Source: Tubiluchus corallicola (Eukaryota; Animalia; Priapulida). Taken from it: a DNA stretch of 64,000 nt. Below the pieces are notes generated by a model. That model was not told the origin of the DNA. It saw nothing but the letters and a program-made list of their open reading frames with translations, and did not search any database. The stretch is from assembly GCA_030141605.1 (NCBI GenBank), contig JAQGDQ010000920.1:16441-80440 (forward strand), in the 5' to 3' direction. This document shows, piece by piece, positions 62,020 to 64,000 of the stretch (the stretch's first letter is position 1; every line of letters begins with the position of its first letter). A program made the position numbers and the translations under genes.

Positions 62020-62925
62020 GGCTAAAGTTTACAATTCCCCACACACAACAAATTAGTTTGTGGGTTTAGAAGTGCTTTAGGCTTAGGGTTAGTGTTGGGA
62101 TTAGGGTAGGGTTATGGTTAGGGTTAGTGTTAGAGTAGGGTTGCGGTTAGGGTTAGGGTTAGGGTTAGGGTAGGGCTATGGTTAGGGTTAGGGTAAGGGT
62201 ACGGTTGGGCTTCGGGTAGGGTTAGGGTAGGGTTAGGGTTAGGGTTAGGGTAGGGCTATGGTTAGGGTTAGGGTAAGGGTACGGTTGGGCTTCGGGTAGG
62301 GTTAGGGTTAGGGTAGGGCTATGGTTAGGGCTAGGGTAAGGGTACGGTTGGGCTTCGGGTAGGGTTAGGGCTATGGTTAGGGCTAGGGTAAGGGTACGGT
62401 TGGGCTTCCGGTAGGGTTAGGGTAGGGTTAGGGTTAGGGTTAGGGTAGGGCTATGGTTAGGGTTAGGGTAAGGGTACGGTTGGGCTTCGGGTAGGGTTAG
62501 GATAGGGTTAGGGTTAGGGTAGGGCTATGGTTAGGGCTAGGGTAAGGGTACGGTTGGGCTTCGGGTAGGGTTAGGGTAGGGTTAGGGCTATGGTTAGGGC
62601 TAGGGTAAGGGTACGGTTGGGCTTCGGGTAGGGTTAGGGTAGGGTTAGGGTTAGGGTTAGGGTTAGGGTAGGGCTATGGTTAGGGTTAGGGTAAGGGTAC
62701 GGTTGGGCTTCGGGTAGGGTTAGGGTTAGGGTTATTGTAGGGCTATAGTTAGGGCTAGGGTAAGGGTACGGTAGGGCTTCGGGTAGGGTTATGGTTGGGG
62801 TTGGGGTTAGGGTAGGGTAGGGTAGGGTTAAGGTTAGGGTAGTGTTATGGTTAGGGTTAGAGTTAGGGCTAGGATAAGGGTTAGGGTGTTTTAATTATGT
62901 GGGGAATTGTAAACTCCTTCCATAA
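62020..62925 (+). mobile_element. Inverted-repeat-bounded element with ~800-bp expanded telomere-like (TTAGGG-variant) core
   Basis: ggctaa-agtttacaattccccacaca at the left, tgtggggaattgtaaact-ccttccataat at the right. Interior of TTAGGG/GTAGGG/ctatgg/tacgg/ttcggg higher-order units. Confidence 0.8.
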
Positions 62926-63556
62926 TTTTGAACTTTTAAAAATTCTATTATGTATTTTGATAACTGAAAAAAGTGAAAGATACACTGAGTAATGGTTTTA
63001 TACTTGCGAAATGTTTCATTTAACATAACTTCTGTTTCAAGGACCATTAAGTGTCATAGAAACTTAATAAAAACAGTTTTGTGTCTAACACTTTTCAGCA
63101 CTTTTAAATTGGTTTGGTTGAGGATTTTTGTTCACTAAATAACTGAAATAGTTTGTTGTAACAATATAACTTATAATAGTTCAGTGTGTGTTTTGATTAG
63201 CTTAAGTTAACATACCGTTCTTACCTGTAAGATGGTGACATCTGGCTTCAATATTAGCATCCTAGTTTTAAATACCTGTCATTCAAATTTCAATGTATTC
63301 AAAGCAGTGATGACGTGTTGACAAATTTTCTGTGTAATTCACTTAATCGTAATCGATCTTTTGATAAGAAAGGAGTTTATTTAACGGGATTTATATATTT
63401 CATTCCAGATAGAATGTATAATTTGGGAAATGGCATCTCAATACGTATCAAATATAAAGTGAAATGATGAAAGGGCTGTAATGATGGTGCACGAACAATA
63501 AAATGTACTAAGCAGTTCTCGACTTTGTTTGTTTGTTTGTCACCATACAGATACAA

Positions 63557-63994
63557 TTAGGGTAGGGTAGGGTTAGGGTAGGGTTAGGGTAGGGTTATGG
63601 TTAGGATTAGGGTACGGTTGGGCTTCGGGTAGGGTTAGGGTAAGGGTAAGGGTTAGGGTTAGGATTGGGGTTGGGGTTAGGGTTAGGGTTGGGGTTGGGG
63701 TTAGGGTTTGGGTTGGGGCTGGGGTTTGGGTAGGGTTGGGTTGGGTTAGGGTTAGGATAGGGTTATGGTTATGGTTATGGTTAGGGTTAGGGTTAGGGTT
63801 AGGGTTCGGGTTAGGGTTAGGGTAAGGGTTAGGGTAGGGTTAGGGTTAGGGTTCGGGTAGGGTTTGGGTGCGGTTGGGGTTGGGGTTGGGATGGGGTAGA
63901 GTTAGGGTTAGGGTTGGGGTTAGGGTTCGTGTAGGGTTAGGGTTAGGGTTAGGGTGTTTAAATTGTGTGGGGAATTGTAAACTCCTTCCATAAT
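63557..63994 (+). repeat. Left-truncated copy of the same element: TTAGGG-variant array plus right inverted repeat
   Basis: Ends ttagggtgtttaaattgtgtggggaattgtaaactccttccataat, as at 62881-62925. Confidence 0.8.
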
Positions 63995-64000
63995 AGAACA

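Noticed and set aside
62080-63955. True chromosome end or telomere
   Set aside because: Repeats are degenerate, bounded by element-specific inverted repeats, separated by unique DNA, and lie in an intron of a gene that still needs well over half its coding sequence.

Overview
AT-rich eukaryotic (metazoan, most likely invertebrate; vertebrate-type TTAGGG repeats) genomic DNA, not prokaryotic. 1-14 kb holds a + strand tandem cluster of four paralogous C2H2 zinc-finger cassettes. Two are intact (3760-4647, 12420-13289) and two are decayed (~6114-6860, ~11560-11871). Each intact one is a single coding exon preceded by a splice acceptor that reads CAG|ATAA. 23864-61804 holds the first 23 coding exons (2937 nt, 979 codons) of a VPS13A/C-type lipid-transfer gene. 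I reconstructed them by hand with GT-AG boundaries and continuous phase, and the gene continues past the window. Introns and intergenic DNA are packed with non-autonomous DNA transposons whose TIRs and TSDs are still readable (Ginger-like, Kolobok-like, hAT, piggyBac-like, Sola-like, Mutator/Merlin-like, Tigger), LINE 3' fragments and several unrelated minisatellites. The most unusual items are: (i) an inverted-repeat-bounded element family carrying an expandable telomere-like TTAGGG core (three copies); (ii) the acceptor-led ZF cassette array, possibly using a shared 5' exon or trans-splicing; (iii) a minisatellite carrying about 16 consensus AG|GTGAGT splice donors just behind a VPS13 exon. 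All coordinates were read by eye and may be off by a few bases. TE superfamily names are inferred from terminus and TSD rules only.
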